From positions 288,001-352,000 of the forward strand of contig CBDBHR010000030.1 of assembly GCA_965205865.1 (NCBI GenBank): DNA of 64,000 nt. Direction: 5' to 3'. The notes below the pieces were generated by a model. That model saw nothing but the letters and a program-made list of their open reading frames with translations. It was not told the origin of the DNA and searched no databases. Source of the stretch: a bacterium (GTDB lineage Bacteria; SAR324; NAC60-12). The position numbers and the translations under genes are program-made. Below are positions 10,371 through 21,184 of this stretch, piece after piece. Position 1 is the stretch's first letter. Every line of letters starts with the position of its first letter.

Positions 10371-13229
10371 ATGAAAGAGAGAGTAGAGTTCAAAAGAAAT
10401 TTGGGATTGTTCATGGCAGTGATGATTGGTATTGGCGCGATGATTGGTCCCGGGGTTTTCGCGTTACCTGGTGAATTGGCTCATATGGTGGGCCCTTTGG
10501 GAATTTTTGTTTACCTGGCCATGGGGGGATTGGCTCTCGTTATTGCTCTGAATTATAGTGTACTCGGCGCGGCAATTCCGATTGCTGGTGGCGGCTATTC
10601 TTTTGCCAGTCGAACTCTTCCCAAACCGATTTCATTTTTTACTGGATGGTTCCTTTGGGTAGGAAACACAGCCGCCTGCGCAATGTATGTCATCATTTTT
10701 GCTCTGACCATCCGGGCTTATTTCTGGCCGGAAGCCAACATCATTCTGTTGACTTCTCTGACCACCCTGATCTTCACCGCCGTTAACTTACGTGGCATGT
10801 CGGAATCGATCAAAGTCATCATCCTCATGAACCTGGTAGAATTGGCTGTACTTTTAGTGATTGCCTTGCTGGGTATTTCCAAAGTGGAACTTCCCAACCT
10901 GCAACCATTAGCCCCGTTGGGATTCGAGGGATTCATTCCTGCTATGGCCTTGATTTACATTTCCTATGCAGGTTTCGATCTCATTGCGGATGCTTCTGAA
11001 GAAATTATCAATCCTGGTAAAACGATCCCACGCGCCATCCTCATCACGGTTGCGGTCGGGATAGGGATATATGTGTTTGTAGTGGGGATCATGATGGCGA
11101 CCGTCCATTATACGGAGTTGGCAGAAAGCGAAGTCCCTTTTATTTATGCTGCCGAGCGCATTGTGGGCGCCTGGGGACGTTGGGCAGCCATTGTAGCAAC
11201 AATAATGGCCAGTCTTTCCGCTTTCTCCGTCACTTTGGGCGCCAGTGGTCGAGTATTGTACGCTTTGGGGCGAGATCGCCATTTCCCCCTTTTTTTTGCA
11301 GCCCTTCATCCACGTTATCAAACCCCTTACATTGCTCTTTTCATTTGCGCACTGATGATCATGTTGGTCAGTGCCACAGGAATCATCAAATTTGTTGCAT
11401 CCGTCGCTGACTTCGGCTATCTGATGGGAGTGGGCATTGTTAACTGTACAGTGATTGCGCTTCATAAAAAAATGCCCAATTTGAGACGTCCGTTCAAAAC
11501 TTTTTTTTTCCCATGGATTCCCCTCTTGGGTGCGGTTTCATGCTGGCTTTTTGTGCTGGCCCTGGAGCAGAGAAGCCTCATTCTGGGAGGGATCATGACG
11601 CTGGTCGGGGCAGGCGTTTACTTGCTGCAGCCTGCCAACCGCAGTGAACTCCGTAAATTGTACGATCATGTTTATGCCCGCTTGAAAAGGTGGGTTGTTT
11701 CAAGAAGGAGAAAACGTATGCGAGTGCTTATTATCGGAGGTGGAAGGCTTGGTAAAAGTGTTGCCAATCAGCTCTTAATGAAGGACGAGCAACGTGCTAT
11801 TTTTCGCTCAGCAGAACATCAAGTAACCTTTGTTGAAAAAGATGAGCGGCGTTGTCATGAGTTGGAACAGCATTACAATGTTCCCATATACCAGGGAGAC
11901 GGAACCGACAAAGGATTGCTGGAACAAATAGAGCTGAAGCAGATGGACGTGGTGATTGCCGCATTGAATAATGACAACCAAAATGTGGTGGCTTCCCTGC
12001 AAGCCAAACGCCTGGGCGCTTCCTTGGTGATATCCCTTGTCATTGATTCGGATTATGTTCCTCTCTTGGAAGAAAACAATGTAGTGGCCATCAGTACCCC
12101 CAAAGCCAGCGCAATCATGGTGGAAAATTACCTGGAACGCCCTGGAATCGCTGAACTCTTCGAATTGGGTGGGGGTGAAGGCAGTCTTGCCGGGGTTTTC
12201 GTTGAAAAAAATGCGGAGGTGATTGGAAAAGTTCTAAAAAATATTCAGCTTCCCATGGAATGTATTGCCGCGGCCGTCATCCGTGAAAAAAAATTCCTGG
12301 TTCCGCGAGGGGATACTATCATCTATGAAAAAGACTATGTGCTTTTTGTAGGCTTGACACCCGCGATCAAAAAAGCCCGCGAGGTGTTTATGGTGGCAGC
12401 CCGTCGTAAAGCCATTCAGGGAGGTTCAATATTTCAATTGGTAGAACGCATGCGACGAAGAAAAACCGATGAGTTGGATCGCGAATTACGAGGAATTATT
12501 AAGAAAAGAGCAACGACGGAGAAAGACCCCTTTGACACACTTGTCGATCAAGCCCTCGTGCTTGATCTTACCACCGCAATGAGTTTTGAGACGGTTGCGC
12601 AAAAAGTCTCGGCCGAAATGTCGAAGCGATTGTCCATCCGTCCTGAAGATCTGGAAGCGGGTTTCCTGGAAGGCAATGAAGTCGGGATGACTCCCGCAGC
12701 AGATGGAGTGGCACTGCCCCATTTGCGTTTTTCTGACATTGACCGTTCTGAATTGGCGCTGGTGCGTTCTATTTCGGGCAATGCTTCTGCCGAGGATGAA
12801 CCTGCGATGAAAAAAATTTCAGATCAGCCCATCCATGCGTTTTTCTTTCTGGTCAGTCCTGAGGAAGACCCGGCGCAACACTTGAGGATTCTGGCTCGCA
12901 TTGCTGAATGTGTGAACCATGCCCACTTCATGCAAGAGTGGCTGACAGCCCGCAACGAACAGGAATTGAAAGAAACTTTGATACAGAAAGAACTCTTCTT
13001 TTCCCTGCGGTTGCACAAGGATTCAAAAACCGCCAACCTGATTGGCCACAAAATCAGTGAATTGCAACTGCCCGATGAGATCATGGTGGCACTGATTCAC
13101 CGCAACAACCGAATCGTCGTCCCACGTAGACATATTGTACTCGAGGAAGAAGATCGCTTGACCATTGTGGGAGAAGCCGAAGGGATTCAACAATTTCGTG
13201 AACAATATGACGACAAAAAAGGAGACTGA
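10371..13229 (+). CDS. APC-family amino acid permease fused to RCK_N/RCK_C (TrkA), PTS EIIA type-2 and a second RCK_C domain
   Basis: ~430 aa multi-TM APC domain (GAMIGPG, AGGGYSF, EEIINP), Rossmann IIGGGRLG/GDGTD, VPRGDT, EIIA GVALPH and HLRILARIA. Confidence 0.85.
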   Translation: MKERVEFKRNLGLFMAVMIGIGAMIGPGVFALPGELAHMVGPLGIFVYLAMGGLALVIALNYSVLGAAIPIAGGGYSFASRTLPKPISFFTGWFLWVGNTAACAMYVIIFALTIRAYFWPEANIILLTSLTTLIFTAVNLRGMSESIKVIILMNLVELAVLLVIALLGISKVELPNLQPLAPLGFEGFIPAMALIYISYAGFDLIADASEEIINPGKTIPRAILITVAVGIGIYVFVVGIMMATVHYTELAESEVPFIYAAERIVGAWGRWAAIVATIMASLSAFSVTLGASGRVLYALGRDRHFPLFFAALHPRYQTPYIALFICALMIMLVSATGIIKFVASVADFGYLMGVGIVNCTVIALHKKMPNLRRPFKTFFFPWIPLLGAVSCWLFVLALEQRSLILGGIMTLVGAGVYLLQPANRSELRKLYDHVYARLKRWVVSRRRKRMRVLIIGGGRLGKSVANQLLMKDEQRAIFRSAEHQVTFVEKDERRCHELEQHYNVPIYQGDGTDKGLLEQIELKQMDVVIAALNNDNQNVVASLQAKRLGASLVISLVIDSDYVPLLEENNVVAISTPKASAIMVENYLERPGIAELFELGGGEGSLAGVFVEKNAEVIGKVLKNIQLPMECIAAAVIREKKFLVPRGDTIIYEKDYVLFVGLTPAIKKAREVFMVAARRKAIQGGSIFQLVERMRRRKTDELDRELRGIIKKRATTEKDPFDTLVDQALVLDLTTAMSFETVAQKVSAEMSKRLSIRPEDLEAGFLEGNEVGMTPAADGVALPHLRFSDIDRSELALVRSISGNASAEDEPAMKKISDQPIHAFFFLVSPEEDPAQHLRILARIAECVNHAHFMQEWLTARNEQELKETLIQKELFFSLRLHKDSKTANLIGHKISELQLPDEIMVALIHRNNRIVVPRRHIVLEEEDRLTIVGEAEGIQQFREQYDDKKGD

Positions 13230-13470
13230 ATCAGGTTTCAGATGAGTGGCAGAAAAAAGCAATCCATGAGATCGGGTCCACCTGGTCGCGTGATTTGACG
13301 AAAAGGTTGTATATTCCGATTTTAATTGCAAAAAGAAGGAATTTGTTATAAATCACACGGATGATCCCTTGAGTTTGCCTAATCTGGTTAAGAACGACGG
13401 GTTATGTAGGATTCCGCATCCATTCGGTTTTATGCCAGACCTTTGATGTTTACGTTTATGAGGAGGAGAT

Positions 13471-14373
13471 ATGAGTATCAAACAAAATATTGAAATTAAA
13501 GGCAGTGATCTGGACAAAGCGATTTTTGAATTATTTGACGAGTACGTCCATAGCGACATCAACCGACGGGAGTTTATGGATAAGCTCTCTAAATATGCAG
13601 TTGCCGGTCTCACGGCTTCTGCAATCTTTGAATTTCTGGCGCCACGCTATGCGGAGGCGGTACAAATCGAAAAAAATGACCCGCGATTGAGTTCCGAAAC
13701 CATCGAGTACGCTTCACACAAGGGAGCGGGAACCATGCGCGGTCTGCTTTCCCGTCCTGCCAATAATAATAAAAAACTGCCGGGGATTGTGGTTGTTCAT
13801 GAAAACAGAGGTTTGAATCCCTATGTCGAAGACGTGGCGCGGCGGGTAGGTATTGCGGATTTCATAGCCCTGGCTCCCGATGCCCTGACCCCCTTTGGTG
13901 GCTATCCCGGAACCGACGATGAAGGTAGAACCTTACAGCGAAAACGAACGGGGGATGAAATGCTGGAGGATTTTATTGCTGCCTTTGACACTTTGAAAGC
14001 TCACCCGGAATGCAGTGGCAAAATTGGTGTTGTTGGGTTTTGCTTTGGTGGATTTATTGCCAACATGATGGCCGTCCGCATCCCTGATTTGGCAGCTTCG
14101 GTTCCTTTTTACGGAAGACAGCCCTCCGAAGAAGACGTGCCCGGGATTCGAGCTCCTCTTTTGCTGCACTATGCCGAATTGGACAAGCGAGTCAACGAAG
14201 GCTGGCCGTCATATGAAGCAGCATTGAAAAAAAACAATAAGGAATATACCGCCTACATCTACCCCGATGTCAATCACGGATTCCACAATGACACCACCCC
14301 TCGCTATGACGAATCTGCGGCTGATCTAGCTTGGCGGCGCACTATTGATTTTTTTAAAGCGAAGCTCAGGTAG
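13471..14373 (+). CDS. yghX: Dienelactone hydrolase family protein (YghX-like)
   Basis: [14 protein letters not shown] nucleophile, [11 protein letters not shown], and N-terminal INRREFM. Confidence 0.85.
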   Translation: MSIKQNIEIKGSDLDKAIFELFDEYVHSDINRREFMDKLSKYAVAGLTASAIFEFLAPRYAEAVQIEKNDPRLSSETIEYASHKGAGTMRGLLSRPANNNKKLPGIVVVHENRGLNPYVEDVARRVGIADFIALAPDALTPFGGYPGTDDEGRTLQRKRTGDEMLEDFIAAFDTLKAHPECSGKIGVVGFCFGGFIANMMAVRIPDLAASVPFYGRQPSEEDVPGIRAPLLLHYAELDKRVNEGWPSYEAALKKNNKEYTAYIYPDVNHGFHNDTTPRYDESAADLAWRRTIDFFKAKLR

Positions 14374-14449
14374 GATTTTATAAAGTTGAGCACCCCGTTA
14401 CCGGAAAACAGCAACTGGATCGGAAATCGTAATAATTTGGAGTTTATTA

Positions 14450-14716
14450 ATGAAATTTACGATATGGAGACGGAACCCGGAAGTCTATTTACGTTTTTTA
14501 GAAAAACATGGTCGTGAGCCTCAGTTTCTTTATGGACAACAGGGAAAATTCAATGAACACATTGCTACCTTCGATACGGAAAACAAAGCAGGCCTCGAAT
14601 CCATATTCTTCGAGTATGTCAACGAATATCCTCCACAGGATGCAGGGGACTTCATCATTGTTCAAGTGGACACAATGCGAATTCAAGAAGTGACTTTCGA
14701 AAACAACCTCCGTTAA
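14450..14716 (+). CDS. Hypothetical protein
   Basis: 88 aa ORF with GGAG RBS and protein-like composition; no family recognised. Confidence 0.5.
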   Translation: MKFTIWRRNPEVYLRFLEKHGREPQFLYGQQGKFNEHIATFDTENKAGLESIFFEYVNEYPPQDAGDFIIVQVDTMRIQEVTFENNLR

Positions 14717-14977
14717 CACCAATTTTAGAGACTCGTTAGACGACTCTTGTTTCGAGGTATGCATACTAAGGAACAAACCTTAAATAACCTGTAATTCTTC
14801 CAATGGTGTGAGCAAAATTGGGGGACATGTACACCGCTGCGCATCCCAACTCTACTGTTTTCCTGCTGTTACCTGTCCCCTAATTTTGCGTATCCATACT
14901 TCTAACTTATTTAAATTTCATTCCTAATCTCTTTTATTGTATAATACGGGGGACTGATCTTTTTTTGGAATTGAAGC

Positions 14978-15062
<85 letters not shown>

Positions 15063-15250
15063 AGAGGGTAGAAAGAGATGATAGCAACTTGTCCTTGGAT
15101 TGTCGACTCTTTCGCGGCGATCATAAAAGGGTCAACGCGCGGATCGCTCCTCCAGTCCCTCTGGAGATCACCCAGACGGCCGGGCAATAAGAGCTGCTCG
15201 TTGTTGTTAGCGTTATCTTGCGTAGACATGATTGCTCCCCGGATTTTCGG

Positions 15251-16162
15251 CTACTCGCGCTCGCCAGTCAGGGTCGGAACGATGTCTCCCAGAGTGATAC
15301 CGAAGTCGTTTTCCTGGGTGGCTTGAAAAACCGGGGAAAACAACTTGTTGGGACCCGTCCGCCCCTTAAAGCCCCCGAGGTATTGCATCATACGAGGCGT
15401 GGGACTGCCGGCCACCCGATGCCAGTCGATTGGCGTCTCCGGATCGCAAGTGCGTAACGAAATCGCAAGGCGCCGATCGTCGGTCGTCTGCGTAGCGTGG
15501 ATTGTGTTGACGCGCAGCAGCAGCAGGTCGCCGGGCCCCACCTCCGGAGTCTCCATGACCTCCTCGATTTCGAGGTTCTCCTCGTGGTAGTGAACCCCGC
15601 TCCAGTCAGAAAAGTACAAGGTCCCCCCGTCACGAAGTGAGTACAGGCTACTCGCGCCCGAGCGCCGACAGAGGTTAAAGAGTCGTGGCGACTTTTCGCC
15701 AAGCCGATCCCAGGGAATCAGGCGCAGTCCCGTCTCGGTGCGCGAAGGCTTGACCAACGGAATCCAGAAATTGAGATGAGTCCGATTGTACTCCGTCAGG
15801 AAAAAGTGATCGTGATCCTGATGAAAGGTAAGATTGATTACCGGGGTCTGGAGATAGAGGATCTGATAGAGCGCGGCCTTGGCTCCGGTGATTCCCTGGG
15901 CGAAGGCTTCCATGCGCGGACGTATTCTTTGGAAGGTTTCTTTTCGTCCCATTATACTAGAACGCAGCGCTCCCGTTTGACCGGCAACCGGCTTGTCGCC
16001 AAGGTGCCGCGCCGCATGCTTGGTTTTCGCTGGGAGGGAATAGTCTGGGCTGGCATCGAATTCTGCCACGAGGAAGTCGATCTCTTCACGGCTGAGGAAT
16101 TCCGGGATAACGCAGAAGCCCCGTTCCTTGAGCGAGGAGGCGATTGCTTTGTAATCAGTCAT
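15251..16162 (-). CDS. Phytanoyl-CoA dioxygenase (PhyH)-like 2OG-Fe(II) oxygenase
   Basis: GFCVIPEFLS start, HQD motif, NFWIPL, GDLLL...HAT, RLAISLR. Confidence 0.75.
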   Translation of the reverse strand: MTDYKAIASSLKERGFCVIPEFLSREEIDFLVAEFDASPDYSLPAKTKHAARHLGDKPVAGQTGALRSSIMGRKETFQRIRPRMEAFAQGITGAKAALYQILYLQTPVINLTFHQDHDHFFLTEYNRTHLNFWIPLVKPSRTETGLRLIPWDRLGEKSPRLFNLCRRSGASSLYSLRDGGTLYFSDWSGVHYHEENLEIEEVMETPEVGPGDLLLLRVNTIHATQTTDDRRLAISLRTCDPETPIDWHRVAGSPTPRMMQYLGGFKGRTGPNKLFSPVFQATQENDFGITLGDIVPTLTGERE

Positions 16163-16249
16163 GAGTAACCCTTTCTAATTAATTGGAATAAACCCCACCT
16201 CTGGTGGAGAACTTCTATAGGTTTGACCGTTCGCAGCGGTCCTATTTTA

Positions 16250-16440
16250 GTCCTGGAGTGACAAAAGGTAATAGCCCAGCCATTTATGGCTGGGGATAGA
16301 TTTTGATGCTGGATCCAGTCCCGGAGGGACGACACTGAAAGCGCACTGAAGAAAAAGTGTCGTCCCTCTGGGACTAAAAACGTTTTGTGGCATGACCCAG
16401 CCATAAATGGCTGGGCTATGCTCTGTCACCCCTCCAGGGT
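16250..16440. repeat. Large palindromic REP/REPIN-like element
   Basis: Nested inverted repeats gcccagccatttatggctggg / cccagccataaatggctgggc and agtcccggagggacgacact / agtgtcgtccctctgggact. Confidence 0.65.
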
Positions 16441-16564
16441 TTTCTCACCTTCACCTGTGTGAGATCGAACCGGACCCCTTGGGGGGACCTGATAAATAGC
16501 CTTTGAGGTGTTCACCTGACTAAGCTACCGACTTTAGCTGATGGTCACTTTAACTTTTATGATT

Positions 16565-17497
16565 TTAACCCTTTTTCACTTTCGCGGCTCCATAGCGACC
16601 CACACCGCCTCGCAACCGGGGGTCGAACAGGTCGCGCAGCGCGTCGCCGAACATATTCAGACTGTAGACAACAACTGTCAGGCAGACACCCGGCCAGAGC
16701 GCCAGCCACGGGGCAGATTCCATGTACTGCATCCCTTCCTGGCTGAGCATGCTGCCCCAGTCCGGTGTACTCGGGGGCAGGCCGTATCCGAGGAATCCGA
16801 GTGCCGCAGCCGAGAGGATGTTGCTGCCGATACTCACTGAAAACACAATCAGCATCGGTGCCATGATGTTCGGCAAGACATGGAGAAAAAGCATTCTGCC
16901 CATGGGTGTACCAACAGCCCGAGCTGCCTGGAAGTAGTCGTTCTCCTTGATTGCGACAACTGCTCCCCGCGGCACGCGAGAACCGCCAATGCCACCGGAG
17001 ACTCCAAGAACCACAATGATTTGCAGTAAGCCGGGGCCTGTCAGCGACATGATCGTCAGCAGCAGCAGCAGGGAAGGAAAAGCCATCCACGCATCAACGA
17101 ATCTCTGCGTCACCAGGTCGAACTTGCCACCGATGAAACCTGAAATGCCGCCGACCAAAATGGCAAAGACGATGTTAAGTGTGGTCGCGGCGAAACCGAC
17201 GAGTAACGAAATGCGGCCGCCGTCGATGAGGCGACTCAACAAATCCCGCCCCACCTGATCGGTGCCGAGCAGGTATTTCATCGAAGGTCCCTGCAGTCTG
17301 TCAAGGACGTGCAACTCGTTGGGGGGGTAAGGGGCAATTATGTCCGCAAAGATGGCGATGAAGATCAGGGTCAGTATGACTCCGCCGCATGCGGTTCCTA
17401 ACGGTTTGGTCTTGACCAGCCGGATCAGGAAATTGTTGAAACCCATCTGCCGTTTTGCCTGAGGTTGGGTTACTGATGTTGTAGTGGCCTCACTCAT
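16565..17497 (-). CDS. dppC: Peptide/nickel ABC transporter permease (DppC/OppC type)
   Basis: LGTDQVGRD, AARAVG...HVLPN EAA loop, GDALRDLFDP. Confidence 0.9.
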   Translation of the reverse strand: MSEATTTSVTQPQAKRQMGFNNFLIRLVKTKPLGTACGGVILTLIFIAIFADIIAPYPPNELHVLDRLQGPSMKYLLGTDQVGRDLLSRLIDGGRISLLVGFAATTLNIVFAILVGGISGFIGGKFDLVTQRFVDAWMAFPSLLLLLTIMSLTGPGLLQIIVVLGVSGGIGGSRVPRGAVVAIKENDYFQAARAVGTPMGRMLFLHVLPNIMAPMLIVFSVSIGSNILSAAALGFLGYGLPPSTPDWGSMLSQEGMQYMESAPWLALWPGVCLTVVVYSLNMFGDALRDLFDPRLRGGVGRYGAAKVKKG

Positions 17498-17513
17498 GAT
17501 GTCGCTGACCCCT

Positions 17514-18479
17514 CTAACGGTACCTGATTCTCGGGTCCAAGTATGCGTAGACCAAATCGATGAAGAGATTGTTCAAGAGTACAACTGTCCCGAACACCAG
17601 ATTCACCCCGGAAACCACCGTGTAATCACGGTCTGAAAGTGCAATGAGCAGCAGTCGACCGAGCCCGGGTAGGTTGAAGATGTTTTCCATGATCACCGAG
17701 CCCCCGACCAAAATCGGCAGCTGCAAGCCAATGAGGGTTACGACGGGGATGAGGGCATTCTTGATGCTGTGCCTTAGAACGATGACCTTTTCCTCGAGTC
17801 CCTTGGACCAGGCGGTCCGGATATAGTCCTGCCGGAGTACCTCCAGCATCATGGTGCGTGTCATGCGCATGACAGCGGCGGCCCCGGCCGTGCCAAGGAT
17901 CAGACTGGGAATGAACAAACCCGAGAGGTTCGCTATCGGATCCTCGAAGAAGGGAACCATCTTGAGTGGTGGGGTCCAGCCCCACCAGATCGCAGGGTAG
18001 ACCATCACCATAATGCCCAACCAGAAGTTGGGCGTCGCCAGTCCGATAATGGCAACCGAGCGTCCGACATAGTCGCCGAGTCTGTCCTGCCGAATTGCCG
18101 AGTAGATGCCGACCGGCAGTGCGATGACAAGTCCAATCAAAATCGCGAGGAGTCCGAGTTCAATCGTCACCGGCAACCGTCCGAGAATCCGCTCTCCTAT
18201 CTCCCATTCATGCAAAAGCGACTTCCCAAGGCTGCCGCGCAGGAGCATGTCGCCCAGCCAGCGCCCGTACTGGACGTAGACCGGCTGGTCGAGCCCGAGC
18301 TTGCGCTCGAGCGCCTCGCGATCTGCGTTGGGATCGATGCCACCGCTCTCCATCATCTGCTCCATCAGAACGTCGATGATGTCGCCGGGAATGAAGCGAA
18401 CTGACAGGAAGACCAGGATCGACAGAATGAACAGGGTCGGAATCGTCAGCAGCAGGCGCCTGATCATGTAAGCCCTCAT
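17514..18479 (-). CDS. dppB: Peptide/nickel ABC transporter permease (DppB/OppB type)
   Basis: IPGD, RLPVTIEL, LEVLRQDYIRTAWSKG, YAYLDPRIRY. Confidence 0.9.
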   Translation of the reverse strand: MRAYMIRRLLLTIPTLFILSILVFLSVRFIPGDIIDVLMEQMMESGGIDPNADREALERKLGLDQPVYVQYGRWLGDMLLRGSLGKSLLHEWEIGERILGRLPVTIELGLLAILIGLVIALPVGIYSAIRQDRLGDYVGRSVAIIGLATPNFWLGIMVMVYPAIWWGWTPPLKMVPFFEDPIANLSGLFIPSLILGTAGAAAVMRMTRTMMLEVLRQDYIRTAWSKGLEEKVIVLRHSIKNALIPVVTLIGLQLPILVGGSVIMENIFNLPGLGRLLLIALSDRDYTVVSGVNLVFGTVVLLNNLFIDLVYAYLDPRIRYR

Positions 18480-18585
18480 GGCACCATCCCCATCCTGACA
18501 ATAAAAGTGGGATGGCGGGCCGATGCCGCCACCCCACGGGTATCAGTGAGAACCCCATCTCCCGCTAAGGACTCGAAAGGCTCCA

Positions 18586-20358
18586 CTAGAATCCCATCTC
18601 CCGCTTCAAATCCTGGTCGATCCACAGGCGCGAATAGACCAGGATACGGTCCATATCGCCGGGGTCGCTTTCGCCATTGTAGCCCTTCACCCACGGCCAG
18701 TGGACCGTGAAGTACGGCACGCGCGCTCCCCAGATGAACCAGTGCTGCCGGTTTATGTAGTCTGATGCCTCTCTGGCGAGCCTGTGGCGCTCGTCCATGT
18801 CGGCTTCGGCCACCACGCGCGCCACCATTTGTTTGTAGACCTCGTCATTTTTGCCAATGGTGCCCCATACGCCGGACTGGACGTTAATGAGTTCGCCGAC
18901 CGGATTCCATTCGTAGCCTGAAATGAAAGATATTACGTCGTAGTCATCCCCTGAGCGGCGAGCGCCCATCGTGGGGCCGTCTACAACCGTAAGAGTTACA
19001 TCGATGCCGATCGCCTCCCAAAATGCGGCGATGATCTCTTTCCAACCGCGATCATCCCTTGCGGTGATCAGAAATTCCAGCTCGAACCGGGTGCCGTCCG
19101 AACCCCGAGGCAATCCGGCCTCGTCGAGCAGCTTCTCAGCTCCTTCCGGGTTGTAGGCATAGTAGCCTTTGACCTCGTCCGACCAGTCCTCGTAGCGATT
19201 AATGAAGGGATACAAAGCGTTTCCCAACAACCCCTGCGGTTGGGTACTTGCATAGCCCTTGAAATACTTTGAGCCCGCTCCCTCGACGTCGAGTGCCATC
19301 TGTAGGGCGCGGCGTACCCGAACGTCATCGAAGGGCGGCCTGGTTGCGTTCACCATGGGAGACGTCTCGGAGCGAAACGAGGCACCCTGCGCGACGATGT
19401 CGGGGTTGGTGCGCTTGAGGCTTTCCACCTGGTCGATTGACGTTATCTGCGAGATCCCATGGAAGCCGAAGAAATCGACCTTGCCCGAGCGCAGAGCCGC
19501 CAGACGCGTCTGCGGCTCCGGCATCACCAGCGCGTTTATAGTGTCGATGTAGGGCAGCCGGTTCTCTGGAAACTTCTCGTCGAATCCCCAGTAGTTGGGA
19601 GCCTTCTCCCACGTCACGGAGCTGCCTTCGACCCAATCGGTAAGCTCGTACGGTCCGGTGCCAACGAGGTTGCGCCAGTCGGTGATCTCACCGTGCTCCC
19701 GAATCACCTCCGGTGGGTAGATGAACGCGACATTCACCATGAGGAGGGTCTTGAGCGCGTCCAGGTTTGGCTGCGCCAGCCGGAAGACAACGGTATTCTC
19801 CTCGGCAGTTATCGAGGTCAGGCCGATGTTATCCAGCGTAGTTACCGACGCCGCCCCTTCCGGCGGCTTGGTGTAGCCGCTGCCGAGCCCGGTGAAGCGA
19901 TGGAAGCTGAACTCCACGTCCTTGGCGGTTAGCGCGCGACTGTTCATAGGCGCTTTATCGTGCCAGTTCACGCCCTGGCGGATGTGCATGACGATGGTAG
20001 TTGGGTCGGGTTGCTCCCAGCGCTCGGCCAGGCGGCCGACGATGATGTCATCGGGCAGGTAGGTGGAGCGGAAGTCGAACTTGTCGCGACTCACGCCCCA
20101 GTCGCCGATACCGAGTTTCTCCAGCACGAGGCCTGTGACGAGGGCCGGGAGGTGGTTGAAGACCGTGTCAGCAGTCGGCGGGTCGTCGCGCAGCGTGACG
20201 TTGAGCGTGCCGCCATACTCCGGAGCGGTCACCATCTTGCCAGTGGACGGGTCTTTGACCATCTCTTGGGCTATAGTAACCGAGCCCATCCCCAGAGCAA
20301 TCGCCCCCGACACACCAACCAACATCCATTTTTTCATTTTTTGCTTAATCTTTTTCAT
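18586..20358 (-). CDS. ABC transporter substrate-binding protein, family 5 (DppA-like)
   Basis: Likely start at 20358 (MKKIKQKMKK signal peptide), then PEYGG, VGTGPY, PFDDVRVRRAL and YNPEGAEKLLDEAG. The longer ORF call reads through an upstream tandem duplication. Confidence 0.9.
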   Translation of the reverse strand: MKKIKQKMKKWMLVGVSGAIALGMGSVTIAQEMVKDPSTGKMVTAPEYGGTLNVTLRDDPPTADTVFNHLPALVTGLVLEKLGIGDWGVSRDKFDFRSTYLPDDIIVGRLAERWEQPDPTTIVMHIRQGVNWHDKAPMNSRALTAKDVEFSFHRFTGLGSGYTKPPEGAASVTTLDNIGLTSITAEENTVVFRLAQPNLDALKTLLMVNVAFIYPPEVIREHGEITDWRNLVGTGPYELTDWVEGSSVTWEKAPNYWGFDEKFPENRLPYIDTINALVMPEPQTRLAALRSGKVDFFGFHGISQITSIDQVESLKRTNPDIVAQGASFRSETSPMVNATRPPFDDVRVRRALQMALDVEGAGSKYFKGYASTQPQGLLGNALYPFINRYEDWSDEVKGYYAYNPEGAEKLLDEAGLPRGSDGTRFELEFLITARDDRGWKEIIAAFWEAIGIDVTLTVVDGPTMGARRSGDDYDVISFISGYEWNPVGELINVQSGVWGTIGKNDEVYKQMVARVVAEADMDERHRLAREASDYINRQHWFIWGARVPYFTVHWPWVKGYNGESDPGDMDRILVYSRLWIDQDLKREMGF

Positions 20359-20380
20359 GATAATTTCCTTTCCAAATACT

Positions 20381-20554
20381 ATTGAATTAAAAAGGGATTT
20401 CCTCCCCATACCATTGCTCCTCTTATTTTTGACAGCATCCATCATTTTTCCTTTCTTGTTATTACAAATTGAATTAAAAAGGGATTTCCTCCCCATACCA
20501 TTGCTCCTCTTATTTTTGACAGCATCCATCATTTTTCCTTTCTTGTTATTACAA
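20381..20554. repeat. Exact 87-bp tandem duplication in the SBP leader
   Basis: 20381-20467 equals 20468-20554, encoding CNNKKGKMMDAVKNKRSNGMGRKSLFNSI twice on the minus strand. Confidence 0.9.
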
Positions 20555-20821
20555 GTTGAAGGACGCACTCAGGCGTCCATGATATTCCAAATTCCCCTTG
20601 CCTTTCCGTTCCTGGAGCTTGGAACGTAGGATTTGAGGTTTGGCATTTGAAACGAGAAATCTTAAGGATCTTTCCCCTTCGGACTGGGCGCCGCTTCCGT
20701 GTCGCTTCCGATACGCCGATGCGCCGTATGCGGGGGGCAGCCTCCGGACCAGGCACAACAAAGACCCCGTCGAGGGAATATAAGGGGGTAGAACTTGGGA
20801 TGGGGAACCGGTTGCTTGTTG

Positions 20822-20906
20822 CTTGGAACTGAGAACTTGAGACTGGGAACTTGGAACTAGGTTCTTGGTGCGCGGGTGCCGGGTGCCGGGTGCCGGGTGC
20901 CGGGTG
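20822..20906. repeat. Heptamer tandem repeats (GAACTNG-like and CCGGGTG)
   Basis: gaactga gaacttg agactgg gaacttg gaactag, then about five copies of ccgggtg. Confidence 0.7.
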
Positions 20907-20909
20907 GGA

Positions 20910-20938
20910 ATTGTACTATCATTTTAACCTCTTGTCAA
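20910..20938 (-). promoter_or_regulatory. Sigma70 promoter of the first dpp locus
   Basis: TTGACA-17 bp-TACAAT on the minus strand. Confidence 0.65.
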
Positions 20939-21184
20939 GTTTTTTTTAAAAAGTGACGCATTGTTAATTTCGGTATATGATGGCTTTTTACATTATTTTG
21001 GCAACTCTTTTCTGCTGATTCCCCTCAAAAACCACCAATTTTCCTTAAATCAATATTGAACGCTCTCGCTTTCCGTCCTAGGAAAGATAAAAATTTTACT
21101 CACGCTGCAAATGAGATTATCACGGCCCTTTCTGAAATTCAACAATAAGTCGGAATCGTCCATATATTCTACGGAATTGTCCCC

